A stretch of 64,000 nucleotides of DNA from a virus (lineage: Duplodnaviria > Heunggongvirae > Uroviricota > Caudoviricetes). Position 1 is the stretch's first letter, and every line of letters starts with the position of its first letter. This document shows positions 63,976-64,000 of the stretch, piece by piece. A model generated the notes under the pieces. It was not told the origin of the DNA. It saw only the letters and a list, made by a program, of their open reading frames with translations, and did no database searches. The stretch lies in IMG/VR virus record IMGVR_UViG_3300028577_000006, one strand, 5' to 3'. Both the position numbers and the translations under genes were made by a program.

Positions 63976-64000
63976 TCGTTCCGTGACCGCGTCCACCACC

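Noticed and set aside
1-64000. Alternative genetic code (TAG or TGA reassignment)
   Set aside because: Only one convincing in-frame TAG (16306). Long genes are intact under code 11, TGA/ATG overlaps are abundant, and no suppressor tRNA was seen.
1-64000. tRNA, rRNA or CRISPR array
   Set aside because: No cloverleaf with a T-loop consensus, rRNA-like tract or regularly spaced repeat-spacer array was found by eye. A tRNAscan/CRISPR scan would be needed to exclude them fully.

Overview
GC-rich (roughly 65% by eye), densely coded viral DNA, most likely part of a large bacteriophage of Myxococcota. The host inference rests on a GltG-like FHA domain and a DAG-linker/Cys-repeat lipoprotein. There are three blocks. 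(1) 1-15022, minus strand: a morphogenesis-like operon of about 19 genes. Many encode membrane-anchored proteins sharing an M(S/T)Y N-terminus, a G-[LMIF]-G motif and an Asn-initiated Arg-rich C-terminal tail. The operon also encodes a transglutaminase-like cysteine protease and a long coiled-coil protein. (2) 15384-57513, mostly plus strand: early/middle genes under sigma70-like promoters, four of which overlap a TGTC-N-GACA palindrome. They include putative RNA-repair and counter-defence enzymes (ATP-grasp, HNH-RNA ligase, metallophosphatase, NADAR, YspA-SLOG, PTH2, MazG) and replication/recombination genes (SSAP, SSB, AEP primase, DEDDh exonuclease, two SF2 helicases each with an intein). 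Three free-standing homing endonucleases are also present. (3) 57583-63975, plus strand: beta-rich spike/fibre genes. No major capsid protein, packaging ATPase, terminase, portal, tail tube, tRNA or CRISPR array was recognised in the window, so the idea of a membrane-containing, tailless virion is inference only. Several genes carry single-base frameshifts, probably assembly errors. The strongest novelty candidate is the shared signal grammar of the block 1 proteins, read as a protease-matured virion protein sorting system.
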